64,000 bases of DNA. It comes from a virus. This document shows, in pieces, positions 42,636-51,149 of this stretch. Positions within the stretch are counted from its first letter, which is position 1. Each line of letters opens with the position of its first letter. The notes under the pieces are model-generated. The model worked only from the letters and a program-made list of their open reading frames with translations. It did not search any database and was not told where the DNA came from. The stretch lies in IMG/VR virus record IMGVR_UViG_3300028883_000002; one strand, 5' to 3'. The translations under genes were made by a program, and so were the position numbers.

Positions 42636-44002
42636 TAAATAAAGGGTTAGGCTGGAAAGGTATCAAAATTGGAATCATAGGGGCTGGTCCTGCTGGTTTA
42701 TTCTGTGCGCAAAGACTTCTTGATTCTGGCATTGACAAAGAAGATATTGTCCTGATAGATAAGGGCAAGCGAATTACTTCAAGAGCTTGTCCCGGTAGAT
42801 TCAATTGTCTACGTTGTGACGTATGCGATATTACCTGTGGATTCGGTGGTGCTGGCGGATTCTCAGATGGTAAACTAATCTACTCTATCAGTACGGGCGG
42901 AAATTTGTGGGAACTAGGCAGAAACGATATCCCTCTTTGTATGGCAGAAGTGGAAGAAATAACAAAAAGGATAGAGCCAACACTTAGAGATGCTTTCAAA
43001 AATTCTTACCAGAACACAGAGGGAAAGCTAGTCCACCTAGGTAGTGATGGTTGCGAATGGTTCATGGAAGCGTTGTACAAGCAAATGAAAGAAGATGGTC
43101 CTTTACTGTGGTTAAATACAAAAGTAAACTCGGTAAATGGAACAACAATCCGAACTGAACCCATACATACCAAAGAAGATGAAAAAGCTGCAACTGGCAG
43201 AATGATGCAAAATATAGATTGTGATTATGTTGTTATAGCTGTGGGAAGGGAAGGTAATTCAAAGATTGAAAAGCTTGCCCAGACTCTACCTAGTAAGGGT
43301 GCCGTGGATATCGGCGTGAGGGTAGAGCTTCCCTATCTTTGCGCTGCTCATCTAACTGACCGCCAATATGAATTCAAATTAAGAACAGAAGCATTCGGAT
43401 TAGAGCTTAGAACGTTCTGTGTTAATCCGCACGGATATGTTCTTCACCAACACTCTAATGGCGTGACAACAGTTAATGGATATGCCTATAGGCGAAGGAG
43501 GCATTCTAACTTAACAAACTTCGCTATATTAGCGAAGGTTCCTTTCTCGCAAATCCAAGACCCGTCTGGTTACGCAACGCATCAGTCGCACGGATGCAGA
43601 ACCTTGAATGGGAAGGATATTATAACTCAAAGGGTAGTTGACTTCCTTCTCGACAGGGCTACGCCAGATGAGGAAATGCACAACGTACATCTTTCATACA
43701 AAGGTTCTCCCGGTAATCTTAACATGATATTCCCGTATAGGATTGCCAAGGCTCTGCATGAAGGAATAAAGGTATTTGCAAAAGACATTCCCGGTCTTTA
43801 CTCAGAGGATGCATGGTTACACGGAATTGAAACAAAGCTATATTCCAACCGAGTACCTGTAACAAGGGTATTCGAGACTCCTATAGATAACGTGTTTTGT
43901 ATTGGTGATGGTTCAGGCTGGACAAGGGGATTCATGCAAGCTGCGTGTAGTGGAATCATGGTTGCCGATGAGATTTGTTTGCGCATAGAAAGGGAAGGGT
44001 AA
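42632..44002 (+). CDS. FAD-dependent oxidoreductase-like protein (COG2509-type)
   Basis: GIIGAGPAGLFCA dinucleotide fold, CGFGGAGGFSDGKL, C-terminal IGDGSGWTRG. Confidence 0.7.
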   Translation: MINKGLGWKGIKIGIIGAGPAGLFCAQRLLDSGIDKEDIVLIDKGKRITSRACPGRFNCLRCDVCDITCGFGGAGGFSDGKLIYSISTGGNLWELGRNDIPLCMAEVEEITKRIEPTLRDAFKNSYQNTEGKLVHLGSDGCEWFMEALYKQMKEDGPLLWLNTKVNSVNGTTIRTEPIHTKEDEKAATGRMMQNIDCDYVVIAVGREGNSKIEKLAQTLPSKGAVDIGVRVELPYLCAAHLTDRQYEFKLRTEAFGLELRTFCVNPHGYVLHQHSNGVTTVNGYAYRRRRHSNLTNFAILAKVPFSQIQDPSGYATHQSHGCRTLNGKDIITQRVVDFLLDRATPDEEMHNVHLSYKGSPGNLNMIFPYRIAKALHEGIKVFAKDIPGLYSEDAWLHGIETKLYSNRVPVTRVFETPIDNVFCIGDGSGWTRGFMQAACSGIMVADEICLRIEREG

Positions 44003-44003
44003 A

Positions 44004-44534
44004 GTGTCTACAAGATGTCAGGTGCTAGTTGTATCTGAAGGGCTAGCGTGGAAAAATGAAGTAATGCTGTATCATCATTGGGACGGATATCCTACTAATA
44101 TGCTACCCGTGATTAAAAAAGGAAAAAATATTGCCCTGAAGTTGTCAAAGGAAAGAGCAGAGAGGATTAAAATTGAACCTATTGAGGTAGATACTTGGGA
44201 ATTAGGTAGAGCAGGAAAGTCTGCTTCTTTTCTATGTGCAGCAGACCCCGGAGGTTTTGAACCTGAATCCGAAGTGGCGTTACACGGCGATATTGAATGG
44301 CTTTATATAGTTCGCTGTGTAAATCAAGAAGGAGGACATATTGGAGACAAGTGTGATTGGGAAGTCGAAGTCTATAAAACAGACTTTGGCTTCTCTGGTG
44401 AGGATGCAGAAATGTCGCTAGCAGATTCAATTGCAAAAAGGGCTAAACCAGTATATCCGCGAACACCAATTGACGAGTTAGTTAGTAAGGCGAAGGAAAT
44501 AGAAGAAAGAGTGGAGGCTAAATACAATGAGTAA
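44004..44534 (+). CDS. hypothetical protein
   Basis: GTG start behind GGGAAGGG. Confidence 0.6.
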   Translation: MSTRCQVLVVSEGLAWKNEVMLYHHWDGYPTNMLPVIKKGKNIALKLSKERAERIKIEPIEVDTWELGRAGKSASFLCAADPGGFEPESEVALHGDIEWLYIVRCVNQEGGHIGDKCDWEVEVYKTDFGFSGEDAEMSLADSIAKRAKPVYPRTPIDELVSKAKEIEERVEAKYNE

Positions 44535-44925
44535 GAGTGGAACCAGAGTTTCACGGGAAATCTTTGATGGGTTAAAAGCTGTCAAAGAGAGCGGCAAGGT
44601 TGATATGTTCGATTATCCGAAGGTTGCGGCTCTTGCCGAGAAGATGGGTTTTAAGGAAACCGCAGCTTGGGTCCAGTATGCTCCTAGGGATATCTATCCG
44701 TATGGTGTCCTATGGGGCTTCAAGGTGAAAGGCAAGGAAGAGAAGTTGTCGGGAATCATGGAGGATAAGGCAAATGCCGAAAAAGAGAAGCCGCGAAGAG
44801 CTAGCAAAGGAACTAGCAAAAACAAAAAGGCAGCTAGCAAGAAGAAAACAAAGAGTGGAGGAACAAGAAAAAAGTCTAGCCGTGCTAAGAAATCAACCCC
44901 GAAGTCTTCTAAGCGAAAGGGATAG
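44527..44925 (+). CDS. DUF5049-like protein with Lys/Ser-rich tail
   Basis: The N-terminus is paralogous to 18872-19063. The tail overlaps the next ORF. Confidence 0.55.
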   Translation: MSKSGTRVSREIFDGLKAVKESGKVDMFDYPKVAALAEKMGFKETAAWVQYAPRDIYPYGVLWGFKVKGKEEKLSGIMEDKANAEKEKPRRASKGTSKNKKAASKKKTKSGGTRKKSSRAKKSTPKSSKRKG

Positions 44926-45025
44926 AGCTTTCCAATTTCTATCCGAGTTTATGAAGTCAGAAGAAAATAAACAAAACGCACTTGAAAGTGCTAAAGAACT
45001 AATCAGAAGCTGGAGAGGTTACTAG
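44774..45025 (+). CDS. hypothetical basic coiled-coil protein
   Basis: GGAGG lies 9 nt upstream. It overlaps the previous ORF by 152 nt. Confidence 0.45.
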   Translation: MPKKRSREELAKELAKTKRQLARRKQRVEEQEKSLAVLRNQPRSLLSERDRAFQFLSEFMKSEENKQNALESAKELIRSWRGY

Positions 45026-45033
45026 TTAAAACC

Positions 45034-45111
45034 GGGAGCGCGGGTCGGCTTTCTTCACCTAACCGGAACGCGACAGGAAGTTCCGACCTTGCGCTCCCCC
45101 CAGATTGGGGG
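45034..45111 (+). promoter_or_regulatory. long stem-loop with alternative pairing to the downstream RBS
   Basis: GGGAGCGCGGGTCGG (45034-45048) pairs with CCGACCTTGCGCTCCC (45083-45098). The CCCCC run at 45096-45100 could instead pair with RBS GGGGG at 45107-45111. Confidence 0.4.
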
Positions 45112-45115
45112 AAGG

Positions 45116-46351
45116 ATGATAAACATATATGCACCATTAAATACTCTTGGCTATGGGGTCCATGCCCTCAACTGGACAGGAGCTTTACACCAACTAGGAG
45201 TTGAATTAGGTTTCAGACCAATAGGCGTAGCGGGTGGGCTTCAAAATTCGTTCTACGTTGATATATTCAATAAGGCAATTGCTAACCATCCTGTAACGGA
45301 TTTTGATGCACCTACTATTGTGCTCTGGCACGAAAACGACCTTGCAAGATATAGAGGAACTCCGCTCATTGGGTACACAGTATTCGAAACTAATCAGTTG
45401 AGAAACAACCATGTTTATGAGCTTTCTCAACTCGATGCAATATGGGTTGTATCACATTGGGCAAAAGAGGTACTGGAGCAATATGACGAATTAAAAGAAA
45501 AAGTCTATGTTGTACCAGAAGGGGTTCACGCGGGTATTTACAAGAGAGAAAAAAGTGAAGAAGACAGGGAACTGCTTCAAGGGTTTTCTGAAGCACTTGA
45601 TGAAATAATAGGAGATAGATATGCTATTGTCTCCCTTGGCAAGTACGAGAAGAGGAAGAACAACGACCTGATTCTCGAATTGATGGATAAGAGATTCAAA
45701 AATGGAATCACGCCAATCTGCCTTTTTGCGTTATGGGACAATCCCTTCATGCCAGATTACGGGCAAAATATAATGGAACACATGGAAGGTATTCACTACT
45801 TCATAGACCAAGAGCTTTCCTCTAAAGCGGGCATTCCTGTATTTAACTCAATAGCTGGCGGACATAGGATTGTTCTCTTTCCTAGGAGGTTGACCGAAAT
45901 ACATCTTGCAGAGATTTATAGAAAGTCAGACCTAGGATTATTCCCCTATAGGTCAGAGGGATGGAACCTTCCTTTGATTGAATGCTTGGCTTGTGGTACT
46001 AGATGTATAGCAACTAACTACTCTGGTCCAACTGAATATCTACCTGATACCGATGCTACACTAATTGAAGATTTTGAAATGGTAACAGCAGATGATGGAA
46101 TGTGGTTCAGGGGTGACGTTGGAACTTGGCCTGAGTTTTCGGCAGAAACACTCTACGAGATTTCCAATCCTATAATCTTAGAAGGAAAGGGGATACGAAA
46201 CAAATGTGCAGAAACAATTGCACAGAAGTGGAGTTGGATAGAAGCGGCAAAGAAATCAATTGAAGCTTTGAATCAGCTTGATATTATGACGTATACGGGC
46301 CACGATGTAGCACAAGTTGTGGAGGATGAGGATGAAACACAGAGTAGCTAA
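45116..46351 (+). CDS. glycosyltransferase, GT-B fold (GT4-like)
   Basis: EGWNLPLIECLACGTRCIATNYSGPTEY matches the GT1/GT4 C-terminal signature. Confidence 0.7.
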   Translation: MINIYAPLNTLGYGVHALNWTGALHQLGVELGFRPIGVAGGLQNSFYVDIFNKAIANHPVTDFDAPTIVLWHENDLARYRGTPLIGYTVFETNQLRNNHVYELSQLDAIWVVSHWAKEVLEQYDELKEKVYVVPEGVHAGIYKREKSEEDRELLQGFSEALDEIIGDRYAIVSLGKYEKRKNNDLILELMDKRFKNGITPICLFALWDNPFMPDYGQNIMEHMEGIHYFIDQELSSKAGIPVFNSIAGGHRIVLFPRRLTEIHLAEIYRKSDLGLFPYRSEGWNLPLIECLACGTRCIATNYSGPTEYLPDTDATLIEDFEMVTADDGMWFRGDVGTWPEFSAETLYEISNPIILEGKGIRNKCAETIAQKWSWIEAAKKSIEALNQLDIMTYTGHDVAQVVEDEDETQSS

Positions 46352-46667
46352 AGTAGGATGGGAAGAAACTTGCCCAATGTGTGGCGGTGAAGGGGAAGAT
46401 TGGGAAGGGAATGCCTGTGAGCTTTGCGAGGGTTCTGGATACACTCAAGTTGGACCCATTCTTGTTTTTCCTGATGAAAGTTCGTATACTACTTTTAAAG
46501 ATATGACAGAAATATTCGAAGAGTGGCTAAAGGAGTTTGGCGGTTGTGACCACGATGTTGGTATTTGTTGTTGCCATGAAGATGCTCTCTTAGATGATGC
46601 CAAACAGATAATCAAGGCGGTAGAAGAGGCTAAGGCATGTGGGAAGATGATAGAAATAGACTTGTAG
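46332..46667 (+). CDS. DnaJ-type zinc-finger (CxxCxGxG) protein
   Basis: CPMCGGEG...CELCEGSG. Confidence 0.6.
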   Translation: MKHRVAKVGWEETCPMCGGEGEDWEGNACELCEGSGYTQVGPILVFPDESSYTTFKDMTEIFEEWLKEFGGCDHDVGICCCHEDALLDDAKQIIKAVEEAKACGKMIEIDL

Positions 46668-47302
46668 AAATTTCCGAAGAGATATCAAACTGCAACAATT
46701 GTCCCTTAGCTAAACAAAACAAGGGCAGAGTTGCTGGTTGGATACCTGACAAGAAACCCAGAAGTATGATAGTTACGGATTATCCAACCATAAAAGAATC
46801 TCAGCTTCAGATTCCTTTAGTTGATGCTGTAGGAGAAAGAGTCAACCCCATACTTAAGGAAGCCGGAATCTCTAAGGATGATTTAGCGATATTGCATTGC
46901 CTCAAATGTTCAACACCGCACGAAAGGTATCCAACGCACCATGAGTCAATAGCCTGTTCGCATATAATCGAACAGGTAAATATCCTTAAGCCAGATGCAA
47001 TATTGCTTATGGGCAAGATTTCGACTAATTTGGTTCTTGGCGTAGATGGATTTGTTGCAGACGTAGACGAGTTGGTAGAAGCTGATGTAATAGAGGCTAA
47101 TAGGCACAAAACTATTTTAGGTTCGTATGGTGAACCGGGACATTTGGTAGCTATACGAATAACATATTCTCCGCACTTTAAACAAGAGATACACAGAGGT
47201 TCACCAGAATCAATAGAAGAAAAGATTAGGGCAGACATAATCGAGTTTGCTAAAATTCACAGAAATGTGCAGGAGATATATGAACAGAAGGAAACTGTAT
47301 AA
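46637..47302 (+). CDS. uracil-DNA glycosylase superfamily (family-4-like) protein
   Basis: CNNCPL...IVTDYP...LVDAVGE...HCLKC is collinear with family 4 UDG, but the GEAPG motif is replaced. Confidence 0.55.
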   Translation: MWEDDRNRLVEISEEISNCNNCPLAKQNKGRVAGWIPDKKPRSMIVTDYPTIKESQLQIPLVDAVGERVNPILKEAGISKDDLAILHCLKCSTPHERYPTHHESIACSHIIEQVNILKPDAILLMGKISTNLVLGVDGFVADVDELVEADVIEANRHKTILGSYGEPGHLVAIRITYSPHFKQEIHRGSPESIEEKIRADIIEFAKIHRNVQEIYEQKETV

Positions 47303-48389
47303 GATAGCTGACGAATACTGGAGGTCACAGTTAAAAAAGTCAGAGAAAGCACGGGAGTATCTTCTGTCAAGAGGCATCATAGAAAGAACTTGGGACAAGT
47401 ATGGGCTAGGATTTGCACCCTCTGATGGAAGAGAGTTATTTGAAATTCTACTTGCAGAGAGTAGCCTCTATGCTATATTAGATAGTGGGCTATTTGTAGT
47501 TGACGGGATTAGGACAAAGGCAAATCTAAGATATCGTATTACATTCCCAATCGTCAAGGATGGGACTACAGAATCTTTTACGGCAAGGTCAATTGACCCA
47601 TCGAATCCTGTCAGATACAAGCACATCAGCGGTTGGCTCAAATGGATATACAACGAAGACCTGTTGTCTTATCCAATTGTAGTAGTAACTGAGGGTCCAC
47701 TAGATGCTCTATCGGTATCTCAGGCAGGGTTCCCTTCGGTTGCTACGTTCGGCACATCAGGAAAGAGATTCGCAGAGAAGTTTGATAAGCAAAGACTAGT
47801 TTACATTGCTTATGATAATGACCAGAAAGAAGACGGTACCAATCCCGGCTTAGACCATGCGATAAAGCTGGGCGTTTCAATAAGAAGGAGCCATAGTATA
47901 CCTGTTCATATTATAGAGATTCCTGCTTTGGAAAAAGCTGGCGCTGACCCAAATGACTTTTTAAGGGCATCAGAAAATCCCAAGAAAGATTTTGCAAAAA
48001 TAGTAAATAAAGCAAAGTCAATCAATAGCTATCCGCAATATTGGGAAATAGTAAGAAACCTAAAAGAACAAGAAACGAGAAAAAAGAGAAGAACTCGGAA
48101 TTCTACAACATTAGATGATTTGAAAGCTATCCCTATAGAAGAGGTAGCTTCAAAATATATAGACGAGTTAACGGTTACTGACAATGCTATATATTGCAGG
48201 TGTCCCTTTCATGAGGATAAAAATCCGTCAATGGCACTTTATCTTGACACGAATACTTTCATTTGTAGGGGAGCAAGCTGCGGCAAGAGGGGAGATGTAA
48301 TCCAGTTTGTTCAATATGCAGACGGAGTATCATTTACAGAAGCATGTAGAAGGCTAAAGGAGGGGTCGTATGGAAGCTCCGAAGATTAG
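47280..48389 (+). CDS. dnaG: DnaG-type primase with the CHC2 zinc finger at the C-terminus
   Basis: N-terminal YLLSRGI...GLGFAP, RITFPI, TOPRIM VVTEGPLDAL...YDNDQ. The C-terminal CPFHEDKNPSM...CRGASCGKRGDVIQF is zf-CHC2-like. Confidence 0.8.
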   Translation: MNRRKLYKIADEYWRSQLKKSEKAREYLLSRGIIERTWDKYGLGFAPSDGRELFEILLAESSLYAILDSGLFVVDGIRTKANLRYRITFPIVKDGTTESFTARSIDPSNPVRYKHISGWLKWIYNEDLLSYPIVVVTEGPLDALSVSQAGFPSVATFGTSGKRFAEKFDKQRLVYIAYDNDQKEDGTNPGLDHAIKLGVSIRRSHSIPVHIIEIPALEKAGADPNDFLRASENPKKDFAKIVNKAKSINSYPQYWEIVRNLKEQETRKKRRTRNSTTLDDLKAIPIEEVASKYIDELTVTDNAIYCRCPFHEDKNPSMALYLDTNTFICRGASCGKRGDVIQFVQYADGVSFTEACRRLKEGSYGSSED

Positions 48390-48969
48390 GTTAAGTAAGC
48401 TTAAGAGTATCTTTTCCGATGAGGCTATGGAAGAAAGCCAAGCTTCTACGGAAATGGTAATTGTTGAAAAACCTCTGGGCAAAGAAATTATTCTGCATGT
48501 TGTCAATCCGCCAGAGGAAGAGAATAAAAGAATAGAGATTATAACCAAACCACGCAAGGGATTACCAAAAGACATGATAGAACTGGCTGGCGAAATGGTC
48601 CGGTCAGATGGATACATGTCAACTGTGTTTACCTTGATACCAATTCCAGATTACTATTTACATTGTGTATTCTACGGACAACCATTTACAGAAGACGAAA
48701 GGTATCCAACGACCAATTTTTCTATTGTACTAATAGAATTTGACGGAACCATTAAGACATTTGCAAACTACGAGAAGTTTATTGATGATGCTGGATTATT
48801 GATACACAAAATTCCAATTTTACACAGAGGAAAGGCTAGGCTAGACGACATAAAGTCAATGGTGGAAACTAGTGTATTAGCAAATGACGGAGTTGGCGTT
48901 GGATGCTATATCATCTTTGAGCCTATCTATCATGCAATGAGCGGGAATCTAATGGTGTTCCAAGCATAG
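48370..48969 (+). CDS. hypothetical protein
   Basis: ORF track; GGAGGGG RBS. Confidence 0.65.
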   Translation: MEAPKIRLSKLKSIFSDEAMEESQASTEMVIVEKPLGKEIILHVVNPPEEENKRIEIITKPRKGLPKDMIELAGEMVRSDGYMSTVFTLIPIPDYYLHCVFYGQPFTEDERYPTTNFSIVLIEFDGTIKTFANYEKFIDDAGLLIHKIPILHRGKARLDDIKSMVETSVLANDGVGVGCYIIFEPIYHAMSGNLMVFQA

Positions 48970-48978
48970 GAGGTTTCA

Positions 48979-49332
48979 TTGAAACGTGTATGGGTTGTTT
49001 GTCCTGTATGTGAAGGACAAAATGGCGGACAGCTTTGTTGTGCTCCTTGCCAACATTGCGGTGATGCTGGGGGCTGGTATGCATATTCGCTTCCCGTTAA
49101 GGAAGGTTTTGTTGCAATAAAAGAACAGGATTGGGAAGCGTTCGATAAAGCATTAGCCGATGCATTTTCAGAAGTTAGAGCAGCGGCATTGCGCGGCGGA
49201 CTCGGTTTATCGGGACCGGATGCATCAGCAGCATATCGCAAAGAAGTAGCTCCATATATTGCTTCTGCTCTTCTAGATAACGGATTCTACATTACAGGGG
49301 GCGAAAAAAGTGAGCGAAAAGAAACGGCGTAG
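48979..49332 (+). CDS. Cys-rich hypothetical protein (TTG start)
   Basis: TAGGAGG RBS. Confidence 0.55.
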   Translation: MKRVWVVCPVCEGQNGGQLCCAPCQHCGDAGGWYAYSLPVKEGFVAIKEQDWEAFDKALADAFSEVRAAALRGGLGLSGPDASAAYRKEVAPYIASALLDNGFYITGGEKSERKETA

Positions 49333-49837
49333 GGTTTGCGCTGGCGATAGTTTAGGCGTACCGGGAGAAGAACCCATTTACGGAAAAAACGTAGATGGTG
49401 AGTTTGAGGATTTGTTTGCAGTTAGGCAACAGGTAATCCCGGCAATACCGGGGCCAGCATCACAAGGTATAACCTACATAGAGATTAAAGTAGCAGTAGA
49501 ATTTGAGCCTCACGGTAGGGCTTCAGAAATGTGGGAAGAGTATGTTTCCTTGAGGCTTCCGCAACAGCAAGCATGGACAAGATACACAAAGGGATGGTTC
49601 CCTATCAAAGACGGATTAACGATGGGGTTTAGTGGGCGCACACTTGCTCAAGTATTGAAGAAAACCAGACGATGGATAGATGAAATGTTCTTGCAAGGAT
49701 TTGGGGAATGTATAGGCTGTGTCAATCTAGAAGAATCCAGAAAGCAAGCAAGTCTCAGGCGAGTGAAAACAGATTATCCTCATTGGCTTAAAGATGTTGA
49801 CCCAACATGGCTTCTACCGGAGAAATTGTGGTTATGA
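49310..49837 (+). CDS. hypothetical protein (GTG start)
   Basis: ORF track; GGGGG RBS. Confidence 0.6.
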   Translation: MSEKKRRRVCAGDSLGVPGEEPIYGKNVDGEFEDLFAVRQQVIPAIPGPASQGITYIEIKVAVEFEPHGRASEMWEEYVSLRLPQQQAWTRYTKGWFPIKDGLTMGFSGRTLAQVLKKTRRWIDEMFLQGFGECIGCVNLEESRKQASLRRVKTDYPHWLKDVDPTWLLPEKLWL

Positions 49838-50205
49838 AAAAGCAAAAAGAAATATTTGAGTTAAAGAAGGAGCACCTAATCCTCTTAAAACATGCTTGTA
49901 TCACATGGGAAGATTGCGAAACTGGCGCTCCAGCTATTGACTGTAAAAGACCATATGGTAACGGTTCAGTATCGAGAGACATAATTAAAATACTTGGATG
50001 GGATGCTTTGGAATGTCCTAACTGCGGAGAGTTTATAGACGAAGGTATCCACGAAAAAGCAATGGCGTTACATTACGAAACGAAAACTGCTCTTCAGCTT
50101 CTCTTGCTTGGCTATACCGAACCGGGAACATATGAACACTATGACTACGGAAGCAGGGCTTGGCGATTAATAGGAGCGGATACTGTTGAAGCTCGTAAGG
50201 CATAA
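49834..50205 (+). CDS. hypothetical protein
   Basis: ATG 49834 behind GGAGAA; ATGA overlap. Confidence 0.6.
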   Translation: MKKQKEIFELKKEHLILLKHACITWEDCETGAPAIDCKRPYGNGSVSRDIIKILGWDALECPNCGEFIDEGIHEKAMALHYETKTALQLLLLGYTEPGTYEHYDYGSRAWRLIGADTVEARKA

Positions 50206-50497
50206 AGGTAAGCAGAATCTTGTAAAGAAACGGGACACCTATAAGTGTATTAGCTGCGATGAGCGTCCCGGCGCAAAGCAGTTAGATGTCTATGAAATAG
50301 AGAATGGCAAAAAAACAAAGATGGCCATTATATGCAAAGCCTGTGCTAAGATGATAATCCAAAATGGAATAGAAGACAGGAACATCGAAGGATATGCCAC
50401 GATGCTAAAAAACAAAGATTTCCTCAGGTGGCTATTGGCCCAACCAGCTAGGAGAAAACCTTGGCATAAAAAGGTTTACGGAAACGGAAAAGACTAA
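50186..50497 (+). CDS. hypothetical protein (TTG start)
   Basis: ORF track. Confidence 0.5.
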   Translation: MKLVRHKGKQNLVKKRDTYKCISCDERPGAKQLDVYEIENGKKTKMAIICKACAKMIIQNGIEDRNIEGYATMLKNKDFLRWLLAQPARRKPWHKKVYGNGKD

Positions 50498-50994
50498 TGA
50501 AAGAATACTATATCTTAACTCCGTTACGCGGCAATAGAATTCTCGTTAAAGACCACGTTGAACGAGAAATGTCAAAGATAAATTTTAAAGACTTCTTGCA
50601 TTACTGCGATGTATACAGCGTATACCCAGAGTATATTTCTATCAAGTGGCTTGATGAAGAAACAAGAAATAATGACGGCCCGGTATACGCCGAAGTAATA
50701 GGAAAAAGAATATACATATACTTTCAGAAAACCAAAACTAGGAAATATCACTATTCTTTTATTCTGTGGATTCTTCTCCACGAACTAAGGCATGTGTATC
50801 AACTTGAAAATGAAGGACTCAAGAAATGCATAGAGTGGTTAGCTAGAAGTAGAGCAAGAGAGTGGACAGAGATAAAGAAAAATGGAAAACCACTAGAAGT
50901 AGATGATTGGCGTTGGTTCATTAGGGAAGATGATGCAAATTGCTTTGCCGCTTCTATAACTGGATACTCTAGGCCCAGAAGGATATACGAATGA
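50497..50994 (+). CDS. hypothetical protein with HExxH (LLHELRH) motif
   Basis: Possible Zn-metallopeptidase motif only. Confidence 0.6.
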   Translation: MKEYYILTPLRGNRILVKDHVEREMSKINFKDFLHYCDVYSVYPEYISIKWLDEETRNNDGPVYAEVIGKRIYIYFQKTKTRKYHYSFILWILLHELRHVYQLENEGLKKCIEWLARSRAREWTEIKKNGKPLEVDDWRWFIREDDANCFAASITGYSRPRRIYE

Positions 50995-51149
50995 CAGATA
51001 ATCTCCCGGTTCAGCTAGATAAAACTACCTGCCCCAACTGCGGCAGAAAACTTAAGGACATAGAAACCAAAGAGGTAGACAAATATTTTGTTTTAGCAAG
51101 ATGCGATAGTTGTTTCTGTGACTTCGTAATTCCGAAAGGCTTACTATGA
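50991..51149 (+). CDS. zinc-ribbon protein, 52 aa (CPNCG...CDSC)
   Basis: Read by eye; ATGA overlaps at both ends. Confidence 0.55.
   Translation: MTDNLPVQLDKTTCPNCGRKLKDIETKEVDKYFVLARCDSCFCDFVIPKGLL

Noticed and set aside
44868-44874. A_AAA_AAG slippery heptamer, in frame, in ORF 44527-44925
   Set aside because: A -1 shift would hit a stop two codons later and would not enter the overlapping ORF 44774-45025, which is in the +1 frame. The A-runs are expected in a Lys-rich tail. There is no downstream structure.
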